Source: Eledone cirrhosa
Taxonomy: Eukaryota
Direction: 5' to 3'
DNA length: 64,000 nt
Assembly (NCBI GenBank): GCA_964016885.1
Contig: OZ024741.1
Coordinates: 399,962,001-400,026,000 of the forward strand
Positions 12,082 to 23,576 of the stretch are shown here, in pieces (the first letter of the stretch is position 1; each line of letters starts with the position of its first letter). The notes beneath the pieces are model-generated. The model did not search any database. It was not told where the DNA came from and saw nothing but the letters and a program-made list of their open reading frames with translations. A program made the position numbers and the translations under genes.

Positions 12082-15000
12082 GTTATGCAAGAAATGCTTA
12101 GGATTATCCTAAATGCAGTAATGGTTAATTACTACACTAGATAGAGTCGATGTACGGTGAGGGGTTACTCAACGAGTTACAAAAGAACAGTTAAAGAAAC
12201 TTGGTTTCCGATTCTTCTATATTCCGGAGTGTAGATAAAGAATGATTAATAAAACAGGTAGACATCATAAAAATGTAATTTATTCCGAATGTTTACAAAT
12301 GTTTCTTTAGTAGTTACACAGCCTAGTCATGCTATATGCAAATTGGTAGTTATTAAATTGCAGATACTCAGTTTTCAAATGCTGTTCATCCTACCAATTC
12401 TTCAGAACAGAACGAATGGCGGAATTGTAAATTCCCTTGGATTTCTTAAAGGGAGTTATTAGGGAAGATAGATTAGAAAAGGAAGAGAGAAAGAAGAGGG
12501 GGGGGGGGATATGTAGGGGTCGGAGAAATGGGAGAGAGTGGTTTGAAGAAAACAGATAGCTTAATCCAAATGTTGTGATAGGGGTTCACGAGTGGTTTTA
12601 TTATACTGCTTACTCTCAAAGTGACAACTTAGGCATTGTGTTGATATTGTCAAGTTTGGAATTATTTATTGCCACAGAGAGCAAGTTAATAGATGTAGAG
12701 AAGGTGGGAGATAGACAGAGGGCGAGAGAGAGAGAGAGGGGACAGAAAAAAGTTAAGAGAAGGGGAAGGAAAGGCGATATACACCGAGTTGATAGTTGTA
12801 GTTTGCTGATCGTACTTAAGTATCCATTTATTACGATAAGCAAGGAACTGGTTAGTAGTGGGGGGGGGGTTATAGTTAGGAAGTAGTTATTGAGTGAAAT
12901 TAGTTAGCGAGAATGTGGTGTAGTAGTCTCTGGTTCATATTATGTTAAATTACTTTTATAGTGAGAAAATTAAAACTTCAGTTTGTGGTTGCAGTATAAC
13001 GATCGTTCGATTCTGTCATTTAGTAAGTTGTTTTTAGATTTCAAGATATAAAAGAGTTCAAGGTTGCATAATCTGCAGTACTTCAATCCACTCCGATATG
13101 CACTAGCGTACTATGGATAGGTTGGGATAACAGTTCAGGTGGGTTGTGTAATACCCGTCTCCCATTTGGTGGTTGGGAAGTTGATATTACGTTATGCCCA
13201 TCTGTTTCTAAAATAATTTTGTTTTGTAGTATTGTTTAATAATCGCTTTAAGTTAAGTTTTTATATGTGTGCTTCTAGGTTTGGTGCAGTGGAGTATGAT
13301 AACTTAACAGTCTTAGAGTTTAGAATTTTACTGTATTTATTGGAATTAGGGAAATGCTTGTTAATTAGCTTAAATTACGAAAGAGATAGTTTCGTACTAA
13401 TCGAAGCATTAAAAATGGGATTATACCAGATATACTTTCTACAACGCAATTTATTTGAGTTTGGTGATGATTTTCTATTATCAGTATGTCTGGTGGTACT
13501 GTGTGTGTGTGTTTGTATTCCTGTACTCCGATTACATATTCTTCGATTTCGTGTGTTGCTATGTGTGCTCTGGTGATTCTTATCAATGTATTCTATATTA
13601 TCCCGGTGGTCAGCATTCCCCAGTGCGTTATTATAATATTCTGCATGTTCGCTGAAAATCTGAGAGTTAGACGATAGGTGAGAGATGCTGAGAGAAATAC
13701 TACGAGGAACCGATTTGATCATGAAAAGTGGGTGATTCTAGTTGTAATTAATGGTTCTCGTTTATCTTGTGGAAGGGTCGTATCAGTCATGTTTTCAAAT
13801 TAAGAGTTACGTCTAGAAAATTCACTTCTTTAAGATTGTATTCGTACGTTATTTTCAGACTCAGTTCGCTAAAAGATTTCCTAATGTTTTTCCGTAGCCT
13901 TTCGATGTTTTGGTTATTTAAATTATTAACTAATAGAAGCGCGTCGTAGATTATTAAATTTTCCATGTAGTATGTGGGCTATGTAAATTCCCACAAGATC
14001 CGTAACCTCCGCTGAGTCGTTAGAGCCCATGGTGATGTCGAAGTTTGTGGGTCTGTCCCTACGTTCCCAGTAGCAGTTATCAAACCTGATAATAGTTTTC
14101 CTAGCCTCTAGAATAATATTAATTTCGTCCTCCGTTAGGTCGGAATTGACCTTGGCAAACGATAGGGCCTTACGTAAAGTACTGGGTGAGATCGAAGAGT
14201 AGTATTCATCTATATCGAATAAATATTGTATAAACTTAGACGACTTACTCTTGTTATTAACGTTATTAAACCAGCATATTGCTTCGCTGGTGTTGCCCCA
14301 TAATTTAATTTCTATTTTCTTTTTCAATTGAGTTATTACCCTGTCAGGTATATGCTTACTAATTTTTCCTATGTCTGATTTAGAAGGGCATATAAGTCTA
14401 ATCTTAGGGTTAGAGTCAAAATTTACCTTATGGTCCTTCAGATTAAAGGTGAGGGTTGCGGGTATAATCGGCTCGGTTCTATCGCCTATCTTGAGATTTT
14501 TCACTAATTTTATATGCTTCGTTGTTAATGTTCGTTAGTGTAGTTTCACTTGTTTTTCTATATTTCTTATGTAGTTCCTTGCGTATGAAGCTGTTGTATG
14601 TATCGATATCCATGGTATATACATTAGAGGTCTAACAAAAACTGCAATTGCCACCTACCCGAAAGATGTCCATTGAAGAATAAATGCCTAGAGTCCAACA
14701 TTGTTTATCAATACACTGTCGAATCGAGCGACCAGAAATGGTATTACGTCGGGTCTACCACTACCTCCTTTAAATCACGTTGGTATCGTCATCGATTTTC
14801 GATTAAACATCCTGAACACCGTTATGTAACCACACTCGTTAATAAGACCTGGCAACTCCGTGAATGCAACTGGCAGTTCACCTTAAAATGGGATAAATTA
14901 TCCAGCGCTAGTGCATATTGGAGTGGATTGAAGTACTACAGATTATGCAACCTTGAACTCTTTTATATCTTGAAATCTAAAAACAACTTACTAAATGACA

Positions 15001-15339
15001 GAATCGAACGATCGTTATACTGCAACCACAAACTGAAGGCTAAATTTTCTCACTATAAAAGTAATTTAACAATTGTTTCTACTTTAGGCACAAGGCCAGC
15101 AATTACCAGTGCATTACTGGTACATAATATGAACCCGAGACTACTACACCACTTTCTCGCTAACTAATTTCACTCAATAACTACTTCCTAACTATACCCC
15201 CCCCACACACACACACACACTACAGGCCAGTACCTTGCTTATCGTAATAAATGGATACTTAAGTATGATCAGCAAACTACAACTATCAACTCGGTGTATA
15301 TCGCCTTTCCTTCCCCTTCTCTTAGCTTTTTTCTGTCCC

Positions 15340-15397
<58 letters not shown>

Positions 15398-15595
15398 GTC
15401 TATCTCCCACCTTCTCCACATCGATTAACTTGCTCTCTGTGGTAGGATGAACAGCATTTGAAAATTGAGTATCTGCAAATTAATAACTACCAATTTGCAC
15501 ATAGCATGACTAGGCTGTGTAACTACTAAAGAAACATTTGTAAACACTCGGAATAAATTACCTTTTTATGATGCCTACCTGTTTTATTAATCATT

Positions 15596-15600
<5 letters not shown>
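12078..15600 (-). mobile_element. Decayed 5'-truncated Penelope-like retroelement (Hydra-clade-like) with inverted partial copy
   Basis: Minus-strand RT remnants (TSNVYTM.., LKDHKVNF..RLICPSKSDIGKISK, FDIDEYYSSI, FDITMGS, VNFLDVTLNL, IWYNP). Plus-strand arm from about 14631 encodes CNCHLPERCPLKNKCL + VYQY..YYVG..FKSRWYRH (GIY-YIG). About 14905-15600 is the reverse complement of about 12236-13110. Flanked by (TA)n. Confidence 0.9.
14631..15065 (+). pseudogene. PLE GIY-YIG endonuclease with upstream Cys-rich linker (in inverted arm)
   Basis: ORF 14673..15167: IVYQYTV..WYYVGST..FKSRWYRH..RLCNLE..CNH; a SINE fragment is inserted at about 15068-15122. Confidence 0.85.
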
Positions 15601-15670
<70 letters not shown>

Positions 15671-15926
15671 CTACAATGTGGCAGAAATATATATATATAA
15701 GTAGAAGGGATATTTAATTTGCTGGAAATACAACAAATATAAATGTTTATAACTGATTCAGAGCACTCGACAAGTTTCTGGAGTAAATATTCAATGATAT
15801 TAAATAAATGGAAACTATATTTATAAAACCATATTTATTCTATTATATATATTTCAAGGGTACCAAAAAAACTTTGGTACGCTTTCATCAGATAAAATAC
15901 AAAGAGTGTTTATAAAACACTCTTTG

Positions 15927-15990
15927 TATTTTATCTGATGAAAGCGTACCAAAGTTTTTTTGGTACCCTTGAAATATATATAATAGAATA
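15927..15990 (+). ncRNA. Minimal type I hammerhead (mirror on minus strand 15836-15899) in foldback about 15700-16000
   Basis: tattttat-CTGATGA-aagcgtaccaaag..tttggtaccctt-GAAA-tatata-TA/atagaata; same family as 5439-5504. Confidence 0.85.
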
Positions 15991-16025
15991 AATATATATA
16001 ATAGAACAAATATATATATATATAT

Positions 16026-16835
16026 ATTTGGATTTAATGCTCTGAAATAGCGATATATATGTGAAGACAAACATAGAATATTCGAAAATATTCTGTATGT
16101 TTATAATAAACATTTTGAAGACCTAATCGCTATAGAATAGAATACGTCACGTATTACAATTTGGGATTCTCGATAAAAGCAAAGGAAGTAACCTACGCGT
16201 TTCATTCTTGTTAGAAATCATCAGGGCTACATATCCAATGCTTTTATCGAGAACGACACAGCTAGAGACTTATAGAATACTTAGCTGTGTACAGGAACTG
16301 GTTTGAAAGAGCGGTAGCCGGTCCGGCAGAAATTAGAATTTGGATTTAATGCTCTGAAATAGCGATATATATGTGAAGACAAACAGAATATTCGAAAATA
16401 TTCTGTATGTTTATAATAAACATTTTGAAGACCTAATCGCTATAGAATAGAATACGATTAGGTCTTCAAAATGTTTATTATAAACATACAGAATATTTTC
16501 GAATATTCTATGTTTGTTTTCACATATATATCGCTATTTCAGAGCATTAAATCCAAATTCTAATTTCTGCCGGACCGGCTACCGCTCTTTCAAACCAGTT
16601 CCTGTACACAGCTAAGTATTCTATAAGTCTCTAGCTGTGTCGTTCTCGATAAAAGCATTGGATATGTAGCCCTGATGATTTCTAACAAGAATGAAGCGCG
16701 TAGGTTACTTCCCTTGCTTTTATCGAGAATCCCAAATTGTAATACGTGACGTATTCTATTCTATAGCGATTAGGTCTTCAAAATGTTTATTATAAACATA
16801 CAGAATATTTTCGAATATTCTATGTTTGTCTTCAT
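16026..16835. mobile_element. Tandem (312-bp period) plus inverted hammerhead element, retrozyme-like
   Basis: Sequence starting at 16026 recurs at 16338; whole block mirrored around about 16448; flanked by (TA)n. Confidence 0.85.
16188..16230 (-). ncRNA. Minimal type I hammerhead (plus-strand mirror 16666-16708 has GAAA>GAAG)
   Basis: gtagcc-CTGATGA-tttctaacaagaat-GAAA-cgcg-TA/ggttac; palindromic ACGCGT stem III. Confidence 0.85.
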
Positions 16836-17664
16836 ATATATATATATATTTCTGCGACCTTGTAGCTTCACATTAACTATACTAGTTTGGTTTTTTTCAA
16901 TTAAATCATGAGAATTATAAACTATAAACTTTTCAGACACTTGAAAACTAAGAAAGAGTCTTGCTCTTTCTTCGTGTAAACCATAACTGTTATAAAAATT
17001 AACTTTCACTTCATTACGTTCTGTTCTATTAATTCATTCATTTTCATTATATTTTATATTGATTAGAAACATTCCAGCTACAGTTCTCTCCTCAAACTCA
17101 TTTATACACATTCAGCTCTCCTCTCCAATACAAATAATTCCAACTCTTAATCCATTCATCAAAACCCTTAGATTTGCTGTAATTTTACATATTACTCTTC
17201 TCTGCCCTCCTCTTCTCTTTTCTCAACATTATCTTTCATTTTCTACTATTAATATCTTTAGTAATTACATTACCAACTAAACTTAGAAATCTTGACACCG
17301 TTGAAAGTCACTAATAGTTTTCGCGACATAGAAATAGATCTGTCAACCACCCACATTTGACACCTGAAAATGGAAACTAATGAGGAAATACTCTCCTATG
17401 ATGAGATCTATAGAAATATTTAAAACAATTAATTTATATATTTATTCCCATCCAGTCTTTTGTAACAGCCATTTAAATTTTGAGACAAATTCATGCCACA
17501 CTCTACTTTTCTGACACTAATTAACTAATTAACACATTAACTGAACTGACCAGTCTTTCCTTGTTAATATTGATTCCTGAATTAGGCATGAGGTCAGCAA
17601 ATTTGAGGCAGGGGGAAAGGGGGAGGGCAAAGTGGATTAAATCAACCCCAATACATGACTGAGA

Positions 17665-17915
17665 AGGAGCATGGCTTGGTGGTTAGAGCATTGGGCTTGC
17701 AATCAAAAGGTTGTGAGTTCAATTCTCGGACCGGGTGATGTGTTGTTTCATTGAACAAGACACTTTATTTCATATTGCTCCAGTTTACTCAGCTGTAGAA
17801 ATGAGATGATAGGAATGGGGTCCTTATCATTAAATTACCCAAGACACCTCCAATGAGATATACCTTGGAGGAGGCCAGCTAAACCTGCATAGGTGTGAGC
17901 TGTAATACACTCACA
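17665..17915 (+). mobile_element. tRNA-derived SINE, family B (copies also at about 7040-7200, 24700-24945 minus, 30440-30565 minus)
   Basis: A box tggcttggtggttagagc, B box gagttcaattc, core ttgaacaagacactttat. Confidence 0.8.
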
Positions 17916-18824
17916 CACACAATACATGACTGGTACTCTATGCTAAAATTTATTCCTAAATTAGGCACGAGGCCAGCAAATTTGAGGCAGGGGAGAAGGG
18001 CAAAGTAAATTAAATTAACCTCAGTACATGACTGGTACCCTATCCTAAAATTGATTCTTGAGTTAGGCAAGTGACCAGTAAATCTGGAGTAAAGAGCAAA
18101 GTGGATAAAACCAACCCACAGTGACTGGGAAGTTAATCCTGTGATAGACTGGTGTCCTGTCTAGTGGAGGGAAGTCTTGTAATCTCAGTCACTTTACAAC
18201 TAGGAAACTGGCCTGATGAGTCTGGCTTGAGACATACTTTAATTTTAAAAACTAAGTAAGGTAGTTAGGAAGATTGATGAAAATAATACTAAACTGACTG
18301 GGGAATTAAACCTATGATAGATTTGTGTCCTGTCCAGGGGGAAGTCGTGTATTCACCATCACTTAAGGATGAGCCTCAGAGCTTGAGACATATTTAACTT
18401 AAACTTTAAAAACTAAGGAAAATAGTTAGGAAGAGTGATAGAAATAATTGTTTCTACTATTGGCACAAGGCCAGCAATTACCCAGTACATTACTGATATT
18501 TTTATTTTATTGACCCCGTAAGGATGAAAGGCAAAGTTTACCTTGACTGGATTTGAACTCAGATTGTAAAGGGAGATAACTATGCTAGAAAGCATGGCGT
18601 CCAACCCTCTACCGATACTGCCAATTAAAACTAGCAGTGACTGGGGAGTTGATCCTGTGATAGAGTGGTGCCCTATCCAGGTGGGATGAATCTTGTACTC
18701 TCAGTCACTTTACACCTAGGAAACTGGGATAAGCTCAGTCTGATGAGCCTGAGAGTTTGAGTCATACTTTAACTTTTAAAACTAAGAAAGGTAGTTAGAA
18801 AGAATGATGAAAATAATACTAAAC

Positions 18825-19013
18825 CTTGATCACAATTTGGTCCTGTATAACTTTGGAAACATTTACACTTATTTGGTTCAATACAATAACCATGTTTACA
18901 GGGAGGATCACAGACAGGAATTTCACAATATTTCCCATTATATTCTTTGGTACATTGGCAGATATTGGGTTCAGAACAGTGGCCTCCATTCCGACAAGTG
19001 CGGATACAGATAG
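18825..19013 (-). CDS. Exon 5, EGF-like repeats 2-3
   Basis: (A)ICIRTCRNGGHCSEPNICQCTKEYNGKYCEIPVCDPPCKHGYCIEPNKCKCFQSYTGPNCDQ; acceptor tttacag, donor G|GTTTAG; phase 1-1. Confidence 0.95.
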
Positions 19014-19114
19014 CTGTAAATCAAAACAGAATTTATTGAAAGTAAAAACAAAATATTGAATTTATTGAAAATTTAAAGAGTCTAATATCTATCATAATAT
19101 ATATATTATATAAT

Positions 19115-19930
19115 AATAATAATGAAATTATTGTGTAAAGTGCTCAGGTGCACTACAACTCATCAAAGGTGCATGTATAGTACATAGAATAATATACAAA
19201 TGTCAGGGAAGTGAATAGTGTAAGAGTCATGATATACATGTGTGTATGTGTATGGAGGGGGACATTAGGTGTAGTGTTGGCGAATCTCAGGAAGCATGGA
19301 GGTTTTAAAGGATGCAGTGTCTCGACAGCTAACAACTGATGCAGGTAGTTTGTTCCATGCTTCAGCAACTCTGAGTGTGAAAAAATGTTTCTGAAAGTCA
19401 TGGGAGCTGTGCTGTTTTCTGACTTTGTTGGCATGTCCACATGTGTTAGACGCATGGAAATCAAAAAGGTACTCAGGATTGTTGGCAAGATGGTTAACAA
19501 TTTTGTGGCTGTTTACCAAGTCAGTTGCCAGGCGTGGGAGCTTCAATGTATCCATGCCCAGGGAAGCAAGGCGTTCAGAGTATGGTAGATGCCTGATGGA
19601 GGGTATTCGCTTGGTTGCACTTCTCTGAACAGCTTCCAGGCAGTCAATGTTCTGAGCAAGATAGGGGTTCCAGACTGGTGATGCAAATTCTAAGTGTGGC
19701 CGCACCATAGCCACGTACAACCTCAAATAGATAGCTGGAGAGTGGCTGACAAAGGTCTTACTGAGTGATGCTAAGACACCCTCGGCCCTCTTGACAATTT
19801 TAGAGACGTGCTTCATCCAATGCAAATTGCTGCTGACTGTAATGCCCAGGTCACGTTCACAAGAAGACTTCTTGATATTAGTGTTGTAGAGGGAGTATGT
19901 GGACGCTGGGTTTTTACTCCCAAAATGCAT
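19115..19930 (-). mobile_element. CR1-type LINE 3' fragment
   Basis: ERDLGI..LYVAMVRPHLEFASPVWNP..LEAVQRSATK..YSERL..FFTLRVAEAWNKLP; (TAT)n tail. Confidence 0.9.
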
Positions 19931-20364
19931 AAAATTTTACTTAAATTTTTAAATTTTACAATATGTATATTATATTGATTTTATTTAACTTATATAATTA
20001 GGTATATATACTGCAGTTGCTTAGCACACAATTTTATATATGTGTGTGTGTGTGTGTGTATGAATGTGTGTGTGAATGTGTGTGTTTGTGTGTATGAATG
20101 TATGTGTGCGTATGAATGTGTGTCTATCTGTGTATGTGAATGTGTGTGTATGTGTGTTTGTGTCTATCTCTGTATGTGTGCACGTGTGTATGTGTGCTTG
20201 TGTGTGTGCGTATAATATACAATACAATCTGTAAGATGGTTGTTGAACAAATAAGGGACCCTTTCTAGTGTTGGAGCCGCAGTAAAATACACCCAGTACA
20301 CTCTGTAAAGTTGTTCTAAAAAGAGCATCTAGCCATAGAAACTATGCCAAATATAGAATGTAAT

Positions 20365-21473
20365 ATTAACCATCTTGCCAACAACAACCCTGAGCACCTT
20401 TTTGATTTCCATGTGTCTAACACACGTGGTCATGCCCACAAAGTCAGAAAACAGCACAGCTCCCATGACTTTCGGAAACATTTGTTTACGCTCAGAGTTG
20501 CTGAAGCATGGAACAAACTACCTGCATCAGTTATTAGCTGTCGAGACACTGCATCCTTTAAAACCTCCATGGAACAAACTACCTGCATCAGTTGTTAGCT
20601 GTCGAGACACTGCACCCTTTACAACCTCCATGGAGCAAACTCCCTGCGTCAGTTATTAACTGTCGAGACACTGCATCCTTTAAAACCTCCATGGAGCAAA
20701 ATACCTGCATCAGTTGTTAGCTGTTGAGACACTGCATCCTTTAAAACCTCCATGGAACAAACTACCTGCATCAGTTGTTAGCTGTTGAGACAATGCATCC
20801 TTTAAAACCTCTATGGAACAAACTACCTGCATCAGTTGTTAGCTGCCGAGACACTGCATCCTTTAAAACCTCCATGGAACAAACTCCCTGTGTCAGTTAT
20901 TAACTGTCGAGACACTGCATCCTTTAAAACCTCCATGGAACAAACTACCTGCATCAGTTATTAGCTATCGAGACACTGCATCCTTTAAAACCTCCATGGA
21001 ACAAACTACCTACATCAGTTGTTAGCTGTTGAGACACTGCATCCTTTAAAACCTCTATGGAACAAACTACCTGCATCAGTTGCTAGCTGTCGGGACACTA
21101 CATCCTTTAAAACTACCATGGAACAAACTACCTGCATCAGTTGTTAGCTGTTGAGACACTGCATCCTTTAAAACTACCATGGAACAAACTACCTGCATCA
21201 GTTATTAGCTGTCGAGACACTGCATCCTTTAAAACCTCCATGGAACAAACTACCTGCATCAGTTATTAACTGTCGAGACACTGCATCCTTTAAAACCTCC
21301 ATGCTTCCTGAGATTTGCCAACACTACACCTAATATTCGCCCTCCATACACACGCACACATGTATATCATGACTCATACACTATTCACTTCCCTGACATT
21401 TGTATATTATTCTATGTACTATCCATGCACCTTTGATGAGTTGTAGTGCCCCTGTGCACTGTACACAATAATT

Positions 21474-21507
<34 letters not shown>
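20365..21507 (+). mobile_element. CR1 3' fragment with about 13 tandem copies of a 61-bp unit
   Basis: TRGH..RVAEAWNKLP followed by (catggaacaaactacctgcatcagttattagctgtcgagacactgcatcctttaaaacctc)n; (TTA)n tail. Confidence 0.9.
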
Positions 21508-21510
<3 letters not shown>

Positions 21511-21925
21511 AGTTGCATTTCTCTTGCTTTATGTTCATACGAGTTATCACCAAGTCACAACCAGTGACCTCAAGAGACAACAAGGTCTGCCATATTCAAG
21601 AAAGAACACACATACACACACATGCATCTTTAGGTGTTTAGACTTGTGATGTACTTATATTGACAGAATCTTCCTTAGTATATGGGCAGTTCCCATTAGT
21701 ACTATCTTTTGTATTTCTCCTGGGATTTGCAATACGTAATCATTAGACCCCTTAGGTATCATTCCTAGAGCGCTTACAACCACTGGTATTGTTTTAGTTC
21801 TCAATTTCCACATTTTTTCGATTTCTATCTCCAGATCTTTATACTTGCTCAATTTTTCAAATGTTTTTATAAATACATTCTTGTCTATTGGAACGGACAT
21901 ATCAATTAGCAGGCATACCCTCTTA
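21508..21925 (-). mobile_element. 3' fragment of restriction-like-endonuclease (RLE) non-LTR element (second copy about 33470-33762)
   Basis: CLLIDMSVP..EKLSKYKDLEIEI..IPVVVSALG..IQKIVLMGTAHILRKIL. Confidence 0.85.
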
Positions 21926-21947
21926 ATAATAATAATAATAATTTTTC

Positions 21948-21995
<48 letters not shown>

Positions 21996-22249
21996 ATCTG
22001 ATGTCTTGGAAGGGAATAACTTCAAATAAGAACAAAGTTGAACCATCACAACCTGTCCAACACCTGATAGGATCAGAAGCAGGTATAAAATGGCTGAAAC
22101 ATATCTAGAGTTATCTCTCTTTACCAAAAGATTGTATTCCCACTACACTATATTATACTTTTAATTAAATTCGATAATCTAAACTCTAAGTTTGTTTTAC
22201 ATTCCTTTCTTGACAGTAATTATCCTTAAGATAACAAGTTATTTTTTAC

Positions 22250-22348
22250 CTTTGGTACATTCATCTCCTTCATATCCTGTGTTAGAACAATCACATTTGT
22301 TGTCACCAATGCACTTACTGCCATGTTGACAAGGTCGGCTGCAAACAG
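22250..22348 (-). CDS. Exon 4, EGF-like repeat 1
   Basis: (A)VCSRPCQHGSKCIGDNKCDCSNTGYEGDECTK; 6-Cys EGF spacing; AG/GT sites, phase 1-1. Confidence 0.95.
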
Positions 22349-23484
22349 CTAAAATTGAAAGATAAAATTAGTGATAACAACAAGAAGAAGCATGTATGCT
22401 GTTGCTGTACCTCCACTGTAAACTATCTTTAGTAAAACAATAATATAATCTCTTTAATATTCTACAAGGAATTGCAATTGACAAGTTCCACCCCATTCAG
22501 TATATGAACAAGGTCTGGGATCTTGTCAATCGATACTTAATTTAATATATTAGGAATGTATGGTTATGCCATCTAGTAACTCACAGATGTGAGATACAAG
22601 TCGTCATAGCCACACATCTGTCCATCTCTCTTAACTTTTGAAAATCATGAAACTTGTGAAACCGGTAAAGTTATAAATTATTGTTAATAAACCTTTTTAA
22701 AGACTCCAATTACATTTTCAACTTCTTTTTCCTATATTTTTACCCATGTGGGTATTAAAACACCTTATATAACCTTATATATACATATATATAAATACAG
22801 AAAATAGATAACCAGGGGTTAATACATTATTTATTTGATTTACATATGTATCAGTCTCCAATCAACTTATATAATTTACCTTATATATACTGGAAACAAT
22901 ATAAAGGTAGAGATACTATAATAAAGTATCTATATGAGACTCCAAACTTTGAAGCATCACAGTTTAATGTGTTAGATAAAGAAACCTCAGTGGAGGAGAA
23001 GAGAGGTCTTACAACCCTTACATATCTAACTTATAGTCACAATATATTAAAAGTGAAACAATTTAGAAAAAGGGACTTCTGGTGTCCTTGGCCCTAAGGC
23101 CACCTCCCTACCACCACCATCAGTTCAGAGTTGGATACCCACACGTGTGACCCTTAGAGCTAGAATGACTCTTCCAGTGCGTCTCTCTCACCATCCTCTG
23201 TAAAAAAGGCTTCCTTATTCTGTCTGCCAGGGCCAAGTGGGCCCTCATTTTCTCATAATAGTGAGAGAGGGGGAGAACGAGGGAGATGAAGGCAGTGACA
23301 GTGGGAGTTTGGTTCCTTTGTGTTCAGACCTGGTGTATATATGTACATACTCACGCTGAGATTTGATCTTTGTTTTCCATATTTTTGTGTTGATGTCAAC
23401 AACTTATGTAGACAGTATTGATTGTCAAAATTGAGCTTGATAATATAGAAAAGAACAGAAACAATATCTAGAAAAAATGATTAC

Positions 23485-23576
23485 CTTGATCACAGTTTTC
23501 TCCTGACCAGCCTTTACAACAGACTTCTACAGTAAGGTTGCGAAGTTCTCTGGCTGGCTTTTGAACAATGTGATTC
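23485..23576 (-). CDS. Exon 3, EMI-like domain C-terminus
   Basis: Acceptor gacttcag, donor G|GTAATC; (W)NHIVQKPARELRNLTVEVCCKGWSGENCDQ contains the CCxGW motif that ends EMI domains; phase 2-1. Confidence 0.92.

Noticed and set aside
12355-12392. SECIS-like ATGA..AAA stem in the PLE 3' region
   Set aside because: The 3' GA of the quartet is absent in both arms, and I saw no in-frame TGA at conserved Cys positions.
17312-17363. Possible alternative terminal exon in intron 5 (tttccattttcag, GVKCGWLTDLFLCRENY*)
   Set aside because: Only an acceptor-like site; no domain similarity or other support.
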